Shown one piece after another: positions 17,657 to 26,778 of a stretch of DNA of 64,000 nt. Made by a program: the position numbers and the translations under genes. Source of the stretch: Gemmatimonadota bacterium. GTDB lineage: Bacteria; Gemmatimonadota; Gemmatimonadetes; Longimicrobiales; Gaopeijiaceae. How positions within the stretch are numbered: position 1 is the first letter of the stretch; the number at the start of each line of letters is the position of its first letter. Where the stretch lies: positions 6,636 through 70,635 of the forward strand of contig JAJDUP010000054.1 in NCBI GenBank assembly GCA_022826565.1, read 5' to 3'. Under the pieces are notes generated by a model. It saw nothing but the letters and a program-made list of their open reading frames with translations, searched no databases and was not told the DNA's origin.

Positions 17657-19038
17657 GGGGGGTGAGAGAGGGCGGCCGGAGCCGCGCCGGGCGGTCGTCG
17701 CACGGTGCGGCACGCCGTGGCCACGGCAGCGGAGGAAGGTTCGCGATTGCCATCGCGGCAGCCCTGGCCGCCGCGTGGCCCGCACCCCTCGACGGCCAGG
17801 AGGCCCGGCGGCGCTGGGAGCGCATGTGTCAGATCCGCGCCGAAAAGTTCGACCTCGTGCTGCCCGGCGCCATGCACGACAACGACCTCGACATGTGGAT
17901 CGTGGTCATGCGCGAAGGCCTCCTCGACCCCCTGTGGGACGCGCTCGGGCGCGGCTACGTCGGCGACTGGGCGTACTACGTCTTCACCGACCGGGGCGAG
18001 CGCACCGAGCGCGCCGCGCTGGGCGTGGGCGGCTACATGCTCGAACAGTGCGGCGTCTACGACCACTTCGGCAGCGCCGCCTCGCTGCGCGACTACGTGG
18101 CCGAACGCGACCCCGACCGCATCGGCGTCAACATGGCCGAATCCATCGGCGGCGCCGACGGCCTCTCGCACACCTCCTACCTGCACCTGCGCGAAGAACT
18201 CGGCGCCCCCTACGCCGACCGCCTCGTCTCGGCCGAGCGCTTCGTCTCGGACTTCCGCGCGACGCGCACCGCCATCGAAATCGCCGCATTCGCCGAAGCG
18301 GGCGAGATGAGCCGCGAGATCGCCGAGCGCGCCTTCTCCAACGAGGTCATCACCCCCGGAGTGACCGCCCTTGAAGACGTGGCCTGGTGGATGTGGGACC
18401 AGCTCCTCGCGCGCGGCCTCGACTCATCCTTCGACATGCCGTCGGTCTACATCACCGGCCCGACCGGCATCGAGGCCACGTCTTCCGACCGCATCATCCA
18501 GCGCGGCGACCTGCTCATGATCGACTGGGGCGTCGGCTTCCTCGACTTCTACACCGACATGAAGCGCGTGGCGTACGTGCTGCGCGAGGGCGAGACCGAG
18601 CCGCCGCCGGGCATTCGCCACGCCTTCGAGCGCGCCAAAGAGGTGCGCGACGTCATGAAGGCGTCGATCAAGCCCGCGCCCACCGCGCAGCAGGCCCTCG
18701 ACGCCACCTGGGCCGCGATCGAGGCCGCCGGCTTCAACCGCATCGAGTTCAACCAGCCCACCGACGACCCGGACGTCACCGACGTCGTCATCGGGCCCCA
18801 CTCGGTGGGCAACTGGGGGCACGGCATCGGCCCGTCGCTGGCGTTCTTCAACCCGACGCGCCAGACCTACGAGCTGCGCCCGGGCACCCTGATCGCGGTT
18901 GAACTCTTCGCCTACACCGCCAACCCCGAGTGGGGCGGCGCCAAGGTGCGAATCCCGCTGGAGGACGACGCGGTGGTCACCGAACGCGGCGTGGAGTGGC
19001 TGTACCCGGTGACGCAGAGGATCCTGGTGGTGAAGTAG
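17653..19038 (+). CDS. M24-family metallopeptidase (Xaa-Pro aminopeptidase/creatinase fold), secreted
   Basis: ATG 17653 overlaps the M14 stop (ATGA). Signal-like RFAIAIAAALAAAWPAPLDGQ. Pita-bread-fold ligand pattern: LLMIDWGVGFLDFYTDMKR, GPHSVGNWGHGIG, VELFAY, RIPLEDD. Confidence 0.8.
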   Translation: MRGVREGGRSRAGRSSHGAARRGHGSGGRFAIAIAAALAAAWPAPLDGQEARRRWERMCQIRAEKFDLVLPGAMHDNDLDMWIVVMREGLLDPLWDALGRGYVGDWAYYVFTDRGERTERAALGVGGYMLEQCGVYDHFGSAASLRDYVAERDPDRIGVNMAESIGGADGLSHTSYLHLREELGAPYADRLVSAERFVSDFRATRTAIEIAAFAEAGEMSREIAERAFSNEVITPGVTALEDVAWWMWDQLLARGLDSSFDMPSVYITGPTGIEATSSDRIIQRGDLLMIDWGVGFLDFYTDMKRVAYVLREGETEPPPGIRHAFERAKEVRDVMKASIKPAPTAQQALDATWAAIEAAGFNRIEFNQPTDDPDVTDVVIGPHSVGNWGHGIGPSLAFFNPTRQTYELRPGTLIAVELFAYTANPEWGGAKVRIPLEDDAVVTERGVEWLYPVTQRILVVK

Positions 19039-19045
19039 GGGCCGG

Positions 19046-21244
19046 TCACCGCCGCGGGTACACCGTCCTTACAATCCGCCCCTTCTGGTCGATGAAAGTG
19101 ATCGGATAGTCGGCAATATCGTTGCTCAGGTCGATCACCGACTCCGGATCCAGATCCGCACCCACGGCCGCGGCGGCCGACACCCGGTAGTTGTCCGCCA
19201 CGGTGGGATCCACGCTGAACCCCAGGTCGGCCATGGCCTCGATCGTGATCACGCTGAACGGCTCGATACCGGCCGACAGGAAGGGCGTCATCAACTCGTT
19301 CCCGAGGACGGACTCCCTCCAGTGCGAATCCGCCGAGCCCTGCTCGCCGCCGTTTTCAACGGGCACGATGGCACCGCCCCGGTAGTTGCGGCCCCCAGCC
19401 CGCTCGAACGCCCGTGTCGCCAGCGGGCCCGTGAAGTGGGTGTCGGCACTCGGGTTCCCCTGGGTCGAGGGATCCTGGAGCAGGTCGAACTGATCCCACA
19501 GGGTACCGAAGCCGAGGACATGCCCCATCTCGTGCAAAACCGTTGACACGAGAATTCCCTGGGCCGACAGACGGTTCAGATCGTCCTCGTCGAACTCCAT
19601 GGAACCGACGATCACGGAACGCGGGATGTCGGGATAGCCCTCAAACCTGGTGATGCGGCTGAAGCAGGGCCCCGCGCGGGCCAGGATCCGGCCCGGTCCG
19701 TCGATCGAATCGATGCGCACGAACATGCGCACGTCGTCGATCACATCGTTGGTCAGCGGCGAGTCTCTGCCACACCGGCCCGGCCCGATGGGATTGTTCG
19801 CCAGGTCGATGTCTGCAACGCCCTGGACGATCGCGGTTTCCCACCTCCTGGCAGCGTCCAGAATCACCTTGTCCTGCTCGGCCGACCCGTGCTCGATGAA
19901 CACCACGTCGATGTCGTAGCCCTCCACCTCGATCCCGCCCACGGTGACCTTCAGTTCCAGGTTGCTGAAGGCGCTGTACGCGTGTACGGCCACGTGGTAG
20001 CTGCCGGACCGCGCGGGAAGCAGCTGGCAGAGCTCGCGGTCTCCCGGCTGCGCTCCGCTCAGACAGCTGTACTTGTAGTGGTGATCGGGACGAAAACCGT
20101 AGTTCACGAAGAGGTCGGGGTCCTGGCCCGACGCTGCCCCGACCTCGACGTTGAGCGCCTCCTTTGATCCGTTCTCGATGTCGATGCGGAAGTGCAGGAC
20201 TTCGTCGAGGGTCGCTGAAATGCTGGAGGTGTGTCCGACGGAGATCACCTCCTGGCGCAGGATCGTCAGGTTCTCCGTCCAGGTGTTGTTCTCCTTGTCC
20301 CACTCGTCGATCCCGCCGTCGGGGTCCACCACCAGCGCGAGGCGGCGCGAGCCCGACTCCAGGGGGCCGGCGGTGAAGTTGAGCGCCGTGCTCCCCTCCG
20401 GGTCGAGGCGCGCGACGTCGACAGCTTCGAGCACCACGCCGTCCACCGTCAGCTGCACCTGGAAGGTGTCCGGACTCGCGGCGTCGCCCTTGTTGGTGAT
20501 GGTGGCGTGCACCTCGAAATCCTCCAGATCCGTCAAGTCGGTCCGCGAAAGCGTGAAGGTCTCGACGCTGAGGTCGGGGAGCGGCGTGTCCGAGGTGGCC
20601 CTCGCCCTCGCCCGGTTCTGGATGCCGCCCGGCACCGAGATCACCAGCTCCTGGGTGCCGAACTTGCTGCCCAGCGTCCACTCCGTGGATCCCTGGCCGG
20701 CATCATCGCTGGTCACCGACTCGACGCTGACCGATCCGCTCTGCGCCGTCGGCGCGAAGCCGATTTCGACCCCGGCCACCCCGTGTCCGCCCCGGTCCTC
20801 CAGCCGCACCACCACCGCCTCCGGCAACCTGGTGCCCCGGAGCGCCTCCTGGTTGTTCCCCTCCACCACCTTGATCGCCGCGGCGCGCTGCTGCACGCTG
20901 ATGTCCGCGGTCGCGGTCAATCCGCTCGCGGCCGCGGTGAGCGTGCCCGCCCCGTTCCCGGTCGAGGTCACCAGTCCGTTGCCGTCCACGGTGAACACGC
21001 CTTCGTCCGAGCTGGTCCAGGTGACCGACGTGGCCATCGCGGCCCCGTACTGGTCGCGCACGGTGGCGCTGAAGGCCGTCGACTGGCTGATGTAGGTGAG
21101 CGATGCCGAGGCCGGGTTGATCGTGATCGTCGCGGGGCGCGGCGGCTCGGAGGGCGTGGAAGGCCCGGCGTCTCCGCCGCCGCAGGCATTGACCAGGGCG
21201 AGCAACGGCAATGATGCGAGAAACGTGAGCCTGGATCTGGTCAT
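19046..21244 (-). CDS. secreted multidomain metalloprotease lipoprotein (Big_2 - CARDB - PPC-like - leishmanolysin/M8-like HExxH domain)
   Basis: 732 aa. Lipobox LVNAC; Big_2 (TWTSSDEGVFTVDGNGLVTSTGNGAGTLTAAASG); CARDB (ATITNKGDAASPDTFQVQLTVDG); PPC-like (GSYHVAVHAYSAFSN); zinc motif VLHEMGHVLGFGTLW. Confidence 0.75.
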   Translation of the reverse strand: MTRSRLTFLASLPLLALVNACGGGDAGPSTPSEPPRPATITINPASASLTYISQSTAFSATVRDQYGAAMATSVTWTSSDEGVFTVDGNGLVTSTGNGAGTLTAAASGLTATADISVQQRAAAIKVVEGNNQEALRGTRLPEAVVVRLEDRGGHGVAGVEIGFAPTAQSGSVSVESVTSDDAGQGSTEWTLGSKFGTQELVISVPGGIQNRARARATSDTPLPDLSVETFTLSRTDLTDLEDFEVHATITNKGDAASPDTFQVQLTVDGVVLEAVDVARLDPEGSTALNFTAGPLESGSRRLALVVDPDGGIDEWDKENNTWTENLTILRQEVISVGHTSSISATLDEVLHFRIDIENGSKEALNVEVGAASGQDPDLFVNYGFRPDHHYKYSCLSGAQPGDRELCQLLPARSGSYHVAVHAYSAFSNLELKVTVGGIEVEGYDIDVVFIEHGSAEQDKVILDAARRWETAIVQGVADIDLANNPIGPGRCGRDSPLTNDVIDDVRMFVRIDSIDGPGRILARAGPCFSRITRFEGYPDIPRSVIVGSMEFDEDDLNRLSAQGILVSTVLHEMGHVLGFGTLWDQFDLLQDPSTQGNPSADTHFTGPLATRAFERAGGRNYRGGAIVPVENGGEQGSADSHWRESVLGNELMTPFLSAGIEPFSVITIEAMADLGFSVDPTVADNYRVSAAAAVGADLDPESVIDLSNDIADYPITFIDQKGRIVRTVYPRR

Positions 21245-21392
21245 CTTGTGCGAATCCTTCTGCTGCGGTTGGCGGGATTCCAGAAGAATAGCCCCGGGAA
21301 CCGTCCAATCCTAGTGCCGTGTCCGGGAGAACTCTCGGCCACCCGCGAACCTCCGGGGCACGGCACCAGGCGCGCGCACCCGACCCCGGTGG

Positions 21393-22145
21393 CTAACCGC
21401 CTCGAAGCCCAGGCTGCTGGCCGGTTCCCAATGGCGCGCCCGTGCCCGCGCGGCCCCATCGCCGTTCCAGGTAGACCGGCAGGTAACACAGCGCAAAGAA
21501 CACGAGCGCGACGACTTCCAGCCACAGGACGTACCAGGGCCACTCGAAGAACAGGAACGGGGAGTCCGTGACCGGCGGTTCGCTCAGGTACATGTAGTTG
21601 GCTCCGGTCAGCAGGTTGAAGCCGGTCATCACGACCGCCAACGCATTCAGAACGATGAACGCCCTGAGAAGGGACCTGAACGTCGGCCGCATTCCGAGAC
21701 CCCAGGTCATCAGCACCGCCGTAACCACGATCCCGCCGTGGGAGATGTAGTACTGGATGAAGTGGAATTCGGGCCAGCCCGCGTCGAGCGCCGGGGTGAC
21801 GACCGCGTTGGTCGCTCCCGCCAGCCCCCAGAAGTACACCAGGTCGTAGGCGAGCCGGTTCCGGGTCAGCAGCACCACCACCGCAAGGATGGCCGACATC
21901 CCGCAGACGTGCAGCGGCAGGTGTTCCTGGATGAAGACCGCCCGCCCGTCGACCATGTACTTGTGGCACCAGTTCGCGATCTGGGTCGCCATGAGAATGA
22001 GGGCGACGCCGATGCACACCGTCCTCCTGGCGCGCTCCGAATCGAAACGGCGGACAACCCACACAATGCCGACGGCGACGGCCACATTGAGCACCATGAC
22101 CACGTTGTGCGCGGTGCCGAAGAGCTCGAAGGGAACGGGTTGCAT
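21393..22145 (-). CDS. polytopic integral membrane protein (TIGR02206/YwaF-like)
   Basis: The first 45 codons of the track ORF are Arg/Pro-rich and unlikely to be coding. ATG 22145 gives MQPVPFELFGTAHNVVMVLNVAVAVGIVWV... with about 7 hydrophobic helices. Family assignment is from memory of the N-terminal F..F(G/S)..H pattern only. Confidence 0.5.
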   Translation of the reverse strand: MQPVPFELFGTAHNVVMVLNVAVAVGIVWVVRRFDSERARRTVCIGVALILMATQIANWCHKYMVDGRAVFIQEHLPLHVCGMSAILAVVVLLTRNRLAYDLVYFWGLAGATNAVVTPALDAGWPEFHFIQYYISHGGIVVTAVLMTWGLGMRPTFRSLLRAFIVLNALAVVMTGFNLLTGANYMYLSEPPVTDSPFLFFEWPWYVLWLEVVALVFFALCYLPVYLERRWGRAGTGAPLGTGQQPGLRGG

Positions 22146-22317
22146 CGCCGGATTCGTCGGGGCTGGGGATCCGGTTTGGGCGCGGAGGATCCGTTGGCTA
22201 TGCGGGAAGGTACGCCTGCCTGAACCGGCGGGCGAGCCGGGGGTCCGCCGCAGCCGGCCATCCACGAGCTTGTCGGCCAAAACAGCCGCAACCTGGCGGA
22301 CAAAATCGATTGAAATG

Positions 22318-23463
22318 TCACATCGACATTACATTTTGTAATGTTTTCATTACATTGCGATCATATCTCGGTTCGCCACCCGGTGTCAGGGCCTCCGGAC
22401 CCAGGTGGGCCAGGGACAGCTCGGCGTTGGCGAGGCAGGCCCCGGCCGCGCCCCGTATCCCGTTGTGGACGACCACCGCCAGAGCCAGGTGGTGCGGAGG
22501 AGGAGCCGGGCGAATTCGACCGACGGTCACGGCCATGCCCGCCTCGGCGCCCGCGTCCGGGCGGGGCTGGGGGCGGTCGGGTTCGCCGCGCACGACGAGG
22601 GGCCGGGCCGGAAGGGACGGTAGCGCGCCCGCCTCCAACGGCGACCGAAAGCCGCGCAGCACCTCACCCGCTTCCACATGGGTGACCGGGTCGCGCAGCC
22701 TGCAGAAGACGTGGGCCGTGTGGCCGTCGAGGACCGGGACACGATTCACCGCTACGGCGATCTCGATGCCGGTCCCGAGGATCTTGTTGAGCTCGGGACC
22801 GATCTTTTCCTCTTCACCACGGATCGACGGGATGACGTTGCCGGCGACTTCGACCGCGCTGAGGCCGCTGAGCCCCGCCCCGGAAAGCGCCTGCAGCGTC
22901 ATCACCGTCGCGGACTCGATGCCGAATGCCCTCTCGATCGGGGCGAGTGCCATGGCCAGCCCCACCACGACGCAGTTGGGATTGGCGACGAGCGCCCCCC
23001 CGGAGGCCCACCACGACTGGGTTGCGATGCCGCCGATGGCCTCGGCATTGACCTCGGGGACGATGAGCGGCGTATCCGGGCGCATCCGATGGGCCGAAGC
23101 GTTCGTGCACACGACATGCCCGGCCCGCGCAAGGGCCGGTTCGGTCTCCGCCGCTACGCCGGACGGCAGGGCCGAGAGCACCAGCCGGCTCCGCAGCAAC
23201 TCGCCGGGAGCCATGAGTTTCAGTCCCGCTGCCGCGGCCGGGGGATCGCCGCCCAGAGCCCATGCGGTCGTCTCCGCATATAACCGGCCGGCACGCCGCC
23301 GGGAGCCGGTGACCTCCGCCAGACGGAAGAGGGGGTGTCCCTCGAGCATCCGCACCAGGCGCTGTCCCACGATCCCGGTGGCGCCGAGGACGGCTGCCGG
23401 TATCCTGTCGTGTCCCGAAGCGGGACCACCGGGCTGCGGGCCGGTCAGCGCGCCGTCTGCCAC
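22318..23463 (-). CDS. asd: aspartate-semialdehyde dehydrogenase
   Basis: 381 aa, GTG start overlapping ask by 19 nt. VLGATGIVGQRLVRML (NADP Rossmann), TNASAHRMRPDTPLIVPEVN, active-site ANPNC, LQALSGAG, IPSIRGEEEK, NRVPVLDGH. Confidence 0.9.
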   Translation of the reverse strand: MADGALTGPQPGGPASGHDRIPAAVLGATGIVGQRLVRMLEGHPLFRLAEVTGSRRRAGRLYAETTAWALGGDPPAAAAGLKLMAPGELLRSRLVLSALPSGVAAETEPALARAGHVVCTNASAHRMRPDTPLIVPEVNAEAIGGIATQSWWASGGALVANPNCVVVGLAMALAPIERAFGIESATVMTLQALSGAGLSGLSAVEVAGNVIPSIRGEEEKIGPELNKILGTGIEIAVAVNRVPVLDGHTAHVFCRLRDPVTHVEAGEVLRGFRSPLEAGALPSLPARPLVVRGEPDRPQPRPDAGAEAGMAVTVGRIRPAPPPHHLALAVVVHNGIRGAAGACLANAELSLAHLGPEALTPGGEPRYDRNVMKTLQNVMSM

Positions 23464-24308
23464 GGGCCTCGCTCCCCGACGTTCGTCCCCTTCCCCGTCA
23501 GCCCGGTAACGCGGAACGCGAGCCCCCGGCGCTCCGCGAAATCGATCGCCTTCGACTGCACCACCGCACCGCCAATCTCCTGCGCCTGCGACCAGGTCAG
23601 CGTGGAGTAGGGTTCCGGACCGGCCGTGGGACGCTCGTTGGCGCCCCCGCGGTGCAGCGAACCGGGTGTTCCCGGGCGGCGCGAAACCGCCCCCGCGAGA
23701 CGACGCGGGTCCGAGGGGAAGATGCCGTCCACATCCTTTACGAGACGGACTGCCTCGGCCCCCATTGCGTCAGCCAGAAAGAGTGCGGTGAGGTCCGAGC
23801 CGCCCCTCCCGAGGAGAGAAGGAACTCCCGTCACGTCCACTCCGATAAACCCGGGGAAGATGACCACGTCGTGACTGGCAAACATCGCGCGGATCTGTCC
23901 CGTGTCGACGGCGACGGGGTCGGCATCGCTCAGGGATCCCCGCGTCCGCACGGGAAGGCGCCATGCGTTCAACCCCGCCGCCGGGACTCCGTTCGCGGCG
24001 AGTGCCAGGGCGAGCAGCGCCACCGACGCCTCCTCGCCGGTCGCGAGCAGCGCGCCCATCAGCCGGTCGTGCGACGCCGGCGTCACCGAGCGGGCCGCCG
24101 CCACCAGGGAGTCGGTGGTGTCGCCCATGGCCGAGACGACGGCGACCACCTTGTGTCCGCGGGCGACCTCGCGGCCGATCACCCCGGCAACAACGGGATA
24201 GTCCTCCGGGCAGGCCAGGACGGAGGAGCCGAACTTGAGGACGTGGATATCGGCAGGCCGCGAGCATCGCGCCCGCCCTCGAGCCCGGAGCTTCAGGGCG
24301 GCTTCCAT
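23445..24308 (-). CDS. ask: aspartate kinase, catalytic (amino-acid kinase) domain only, no ACT domains
   Basis: The track ORF (to 25031) overlaps metB out of frame. ATG 24306-24308 overlaps the metB stop (TGATG). 287 aa: IHVLKFGSSVL, VVAVVSAMGDTTDSL, FPGFIG...LLGRGGSDLTALFLA, VKDVDGIFPSDPR. Confidence 0.8.
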   Translation of the reverse strand: MEAALKLRARGRARCSRPADIHVLKFGSSVLACPEDYPVVAGVIGREVARGHKVVAVVSAMGDTTDSLVAAARSVTPASHDRLMGALLATGEEASVALLALALAANGVPAAGLNAWRLPVRTRGSLSDADPVAVDTGQIRAMFASHDVVIFPGFIGVDVTGVPSLLGRGGSDLTALFLADAMGAEAVRLVKDVDGIFPSDPRRLAGAVSRRPGTPGSLHRGGANERPTAGPEPYSTLTWSQAQEIGGAVVQSKAIDFAERRGLAFRVTGLTGKGTNVGERGPWQTAR

Positions 24309-25522
24309 CACGCGAGTACCGTAGCCGCCGCTGCCGGCGTTGTGCTCACGGCTGCCGCCCGGCCCAGGGCCCGCTCCAGATCCGCCTCCAGGTCCTCGGC
24401 CGCCTCGATCCCCACCGACAGGCGCAGCAGTCCCTGGCCTATCCCGGCCGCGACCCGCGCGGGCTCGTCCATCGACGCGTGCGTCATCGTCCACGGGTGG
24501 GTGACCAGGCTTTCCACGCCCCCCAGCGATTCGGCCAGCGCAAAGTGCTCGATCCCGTCCACGAAGGCGTCCACCGCCGCCCGTCCCCCCCTCAGCTCGA
24601 AGGAAATGAGACTGCCCCATCCCGTCTGCTGCCGCGACGCAACGTCGTGCCCGGGATGATCGGGCAGGCTGGGGTGATTGACGCGCGCCACTGCATCGCT
24701 GCGGGCCAGCGCATCGACGATGCGGAGGGCGTTTTCCTCGTGTACACGGCTGCGCGCGTGCAGGGTCCGCATGCCGCGCAGCGTCAGGTACGAGTCGAAC
24801 GGAGCGCCCGACACGCCCATGGCGTTGGTCCACCAGGCGACTTCTTCCAGCAGGTCCTCGTTGGCCGCCACCACGGTGCCGCCCACCACGTCGCTGTGTC
24901 CGTTCAGGAACTTCGTCGTCGAGTGCACGACCAGATCGGCGCCGAACTCGAGCGGGCGCTGGTTTACCGGCGAGAGGAAGGTGTTGTCGGCGACGCAGAT
25001 CGCGTCGATCTCGCGCGCCAGGCGGGCCCACGCGGCAATGTCGGTGATGCGCAGGTGCGGGTTGCTGGGCGTCTCGATCCAGATCATGCGGGGCCGGACT
25101 TCACGGGCGAGCTGCAGCGATTCGGGGTCCCAGGGATCGACGAACTCGACGCGGTACGTGCCGCGGTTGGCCTCGGCCGAGAAGAGGCGGTAGCTGCCGC
25201 CGTAGCAGTCGCGGGGCGCGAGCAGGAGGTCGCCCGCCGAGAGGAGGCGCGTGGCCACGGCGATCGCCGACATCCCGGAAGAGGTCACGACCGCGCCGCA
25301 CCCGCCCTCCAGTTCAGCGATGGTCTCGGCGGAGAGGTCGCGGGTCGGGTTGGCCGTGCGGGTATAGTCGTACTTCCCGTACACGCCCGGCGCGTCGAAG
25401 AAGAAGTTGGTGGAGAGGTGGATCGGCGGCATGACCGCGCGGTGCGTGGTGTCGGCGCCGAGGCCGGCCCGGACGGTGCGGGTCACGGTGGACAGGGGAC
25501 GGGAACCGTTCAGCTTGCTCAT
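24308..25522 (-). CDS. metB: PLP-dependent cystathionine gamma-synthase / O-acylhomoserine thiol-lyase family enzyme
   Basis: 404 aa. YDYTRTANPTR, LEGGCGAVVTSSGMSAI, ETPSNPHLRITDI, DNTFLSPVNQRPLEFGADLVVHSTTKFLNGHSDVVGG (PLP Lys). ATGA overlap with metX. Confidence 0.85.
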   Translation of the reverse strand: MSKLNGSRPLSTVTRTVRAGLGADTTHRAVMPPIHLSTNFFFDAPGVYGKYDYTRTANPTRDLSAETIAELEGGCGAVVTSSGMSAIAVATRLLSAGDLLLAPRDCYGGSYRLFSAEANRGTYRVEFVDPWDPESLQLAREVRPRMIWIETPSNPHLRITDIAAWARLAREIDAICVADNTFLSPVNQRPLEFGADLVVHSTTKFLNGHSDVVGGTVVAANEDLLEEVAWWTNAMGVSGAPFDSYLTLRGMRTLHARSRVHEENALRIVDALARSDAVARVNHPSLPDHPGHDVASRQQTGWGSLISFELRGGRAAVDAFVDGIEHFALAESLGGVESLVTHPWTMTHASMDEPARVAAGIGQGLLRLSVGIEAAEDLEADLERALGRAAAVSTTPAAAATVLA

Positions 25523-26556
25523 CGGACCACCTCCGGGGTGCCTGTCTTGAGGAGCGTTGCCACCGCGCCGACTTCCTTGAGGAAGGCGTCGTGCCCGAAG
25601 AGGGACGGCACCGTGACGTGTTCGTGCGATCGTCCGCTGCGAGCGGCCAGCTCGTCAACGAGCCATGGCGGGACCAGGGAATCGGTGTCGAAGGACACCA
25701 GGAGGGCGTGCGGCAGCAGCGAGGCGGGGTCGGTGCGGTGCAGGTCGATCGATTCGGACAGCGCGAGGAAGCGCTCGGTGTCGAACCGCGTGATGAAGTC
25801 GGCGCCGCGCGCGTTGAGGTAGTCCTCGACGGGGAAGCGGGTGGGCGGCTCGCCGGGCTCGCCGACGCCGAGCGGGCCGGGGTCGAAGCGCTGCTCGAAC
25901 TCCTGGGTGCTGCGGTAGGTGGTCATGGCGAGGGCGCGGGCGAGCGCGAGGCCCCGGCCCGCCTGGCCAGTGTCGGCGCCGAGCTGCGCGGCCGACCGCT
26001 GAACGGACCGGATGGCGGTGGCCATGGGGTGCGTGCGGTGGGCCGCGCAGAGGATGACGAGCCGCGCGACGCGCGCCGGGAAGAGTTCGGCGAATGCCAG
26101 CGCCACCATCCCGCCGTATGAGGCGCCGGCGAAGGAGGCGGCGGCGATGCCGAGGTGGTCGAGCACGGCCGCGAGGGCGCGTGCCTGGTCGTGGGTCGTC
26201 ACCGGGCGGAGGAGGCCGTCCTCCGTGTCGCCGCCGAGGTAGTCGATGCCGATGAGCTGCTGGCGCGCGGGGTCGAGGGCGGCGCCGTCGCCCACCACCC
26301 CGGGCCACCATCCGGGCGAAGGGTCGGCGGCAGTGGGCGCCAGGTGACGTCCCGCCGAAATCCCCCCGAGGACGATGGTCGCCGGCGCGGCCGCCGATCC
26401 CTGGGCCTCGTACGCGATCTCCACGGAGCGCTCCCCGAGGTGATCGAAGGAAATGTCGGCGCGCACGACTCCCGATCGAACGGTCGTCGTCGGATCGGGC
26501 GCCGGGGGCGCGGGCGCAGCATGCGAGGCAACGCGAGCGGCAGAGCAGTTGGCCAT
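25519..26556 (-). CDS. metX: homoserine O-acetyltransferase
   Basis: 345 aa, alpha/beta hydrolase. IVLGGISAGRH, WWPGVVG, LIGIDYLGG, nucleophile elbow FAGASYGGMVA, C-terminal PSLFGHDAFL. Confidence 0.85.
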   Translation of the reverse strand: MANCSAARVASHAAPAPPAPDPTTTVRSGVVRADISFDHLGERSVEIAYEAQGSAAAPATIVLGGISAGRHLAPTAADPSPGWWPGVVGDGAALDPARQQLIGIDYLGGDTEDGLLRPVTTHDQARALAAVLDHLGIAAASFAGASYGGMVALAFAELFPARVARLVILCAAHRTHPMATAIRSVQRSAAQLGADTGQAGRGLALARALAMTTYRSTQEFEQRFDPGPLGVGEPGEPPTRFPVEDYLNARGADFITRFDTERFLALSESIDLHRTDPASLLPHALLVSFDTDSLVPPWLVDELAARSGRSHEHVTVPSLFGHDAFLKEVGAVATLLKTGTPEVVR

Positions 26557-26561
26557 GATGA

Positions 26562-26601
26562 CCTCTCCGAGTCTCGAGTTAGCCTCATCGGACTCCGGAG
26601 A
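26562..26601 (-). promoter_or_regulatory. Shine-Dalgarno-sequestering hairpin (expression platform of the SAM riboswitch)
   Basis: Reverse strand reads TCTCCGGAGTC-cgatgaggctaactcga-GACTCGGAGAGG, then tcatc, then ATG(metX). It forms a 10-bp stem with one bulged G. The 3' arm contains the GGAGAGG ribosome-binding site, 5 nt from the start codon. Confidence 0.45.
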
Positions 26602-26647
26602 TTTGACACCCTGTTACTTCCGGCTACCACCCCGCAGGATGGTGGGC

Positions 26648-26766
26648 GGTCATCTTTACGAAGGACTCAGGGTCCATCGCAGGAGTTGGCACCTTTGCGG
26701 GAATGCCACTTCCCGCAGGTTGCCCCGGCTTCAACGGGCCTGTCCCTCAGCCGGTCTCGATGAGTT
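26648..26766 (-). promoter_or_regulatory. SAM-I (S-box) riboswitch aptamer
   Basis: Reverse strand reads aaCTCATCGAGACCGGCTGAGGGACAGGCCCGTTGAAGCCGGGGCAACCTGCGGGAAGTGGCATTCCCGCAAAGGTGCCAACTCCTGCGATGG...CGTAAAGATGAcc. It matches the S-box consensus blocks (yTCATCnAGAG..GGCnGAGGGA..GGCCC..TGAAgCC..GCAACC...AAGGTGCCAAnTCC.GC....AGATGA) with P1 TCATC/GATGA. Confidence 0.88.
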
Positions 26767-26778
26767 TGTCGTGCATGC

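Noticed and set aside
15779-17785. 668-aa reverse-strand ORF
   Set aside because: It is antisense to the M14 carboxypeptidase gene and has no motifs. It is a high-GC artefact.
21316-21364. Imperfect inverted repeat GCCGTGTCCGGGAG...CTCCGGGGCACGGC downstream of the membrane-protein gene
   Set aside because: It has two mismatches, a 21-nt loop and no U-tail, so it is too weak to call a terminator.
22310-23509. 399-aa + strand ORF
   Set aside because: It is antisense to asd, is Ser/Pro/Ala/Arg-rich, and has no motifs.
24309-25031. N-terminal 241 codons of track ORF 23445-25031
   Set aside because: This part overlaps metB out of frame and is Arg/Gly/Pro-rich. The aspartokinase motifs begin just after the internal ATG at 24308, which is coupled to the metB stop.
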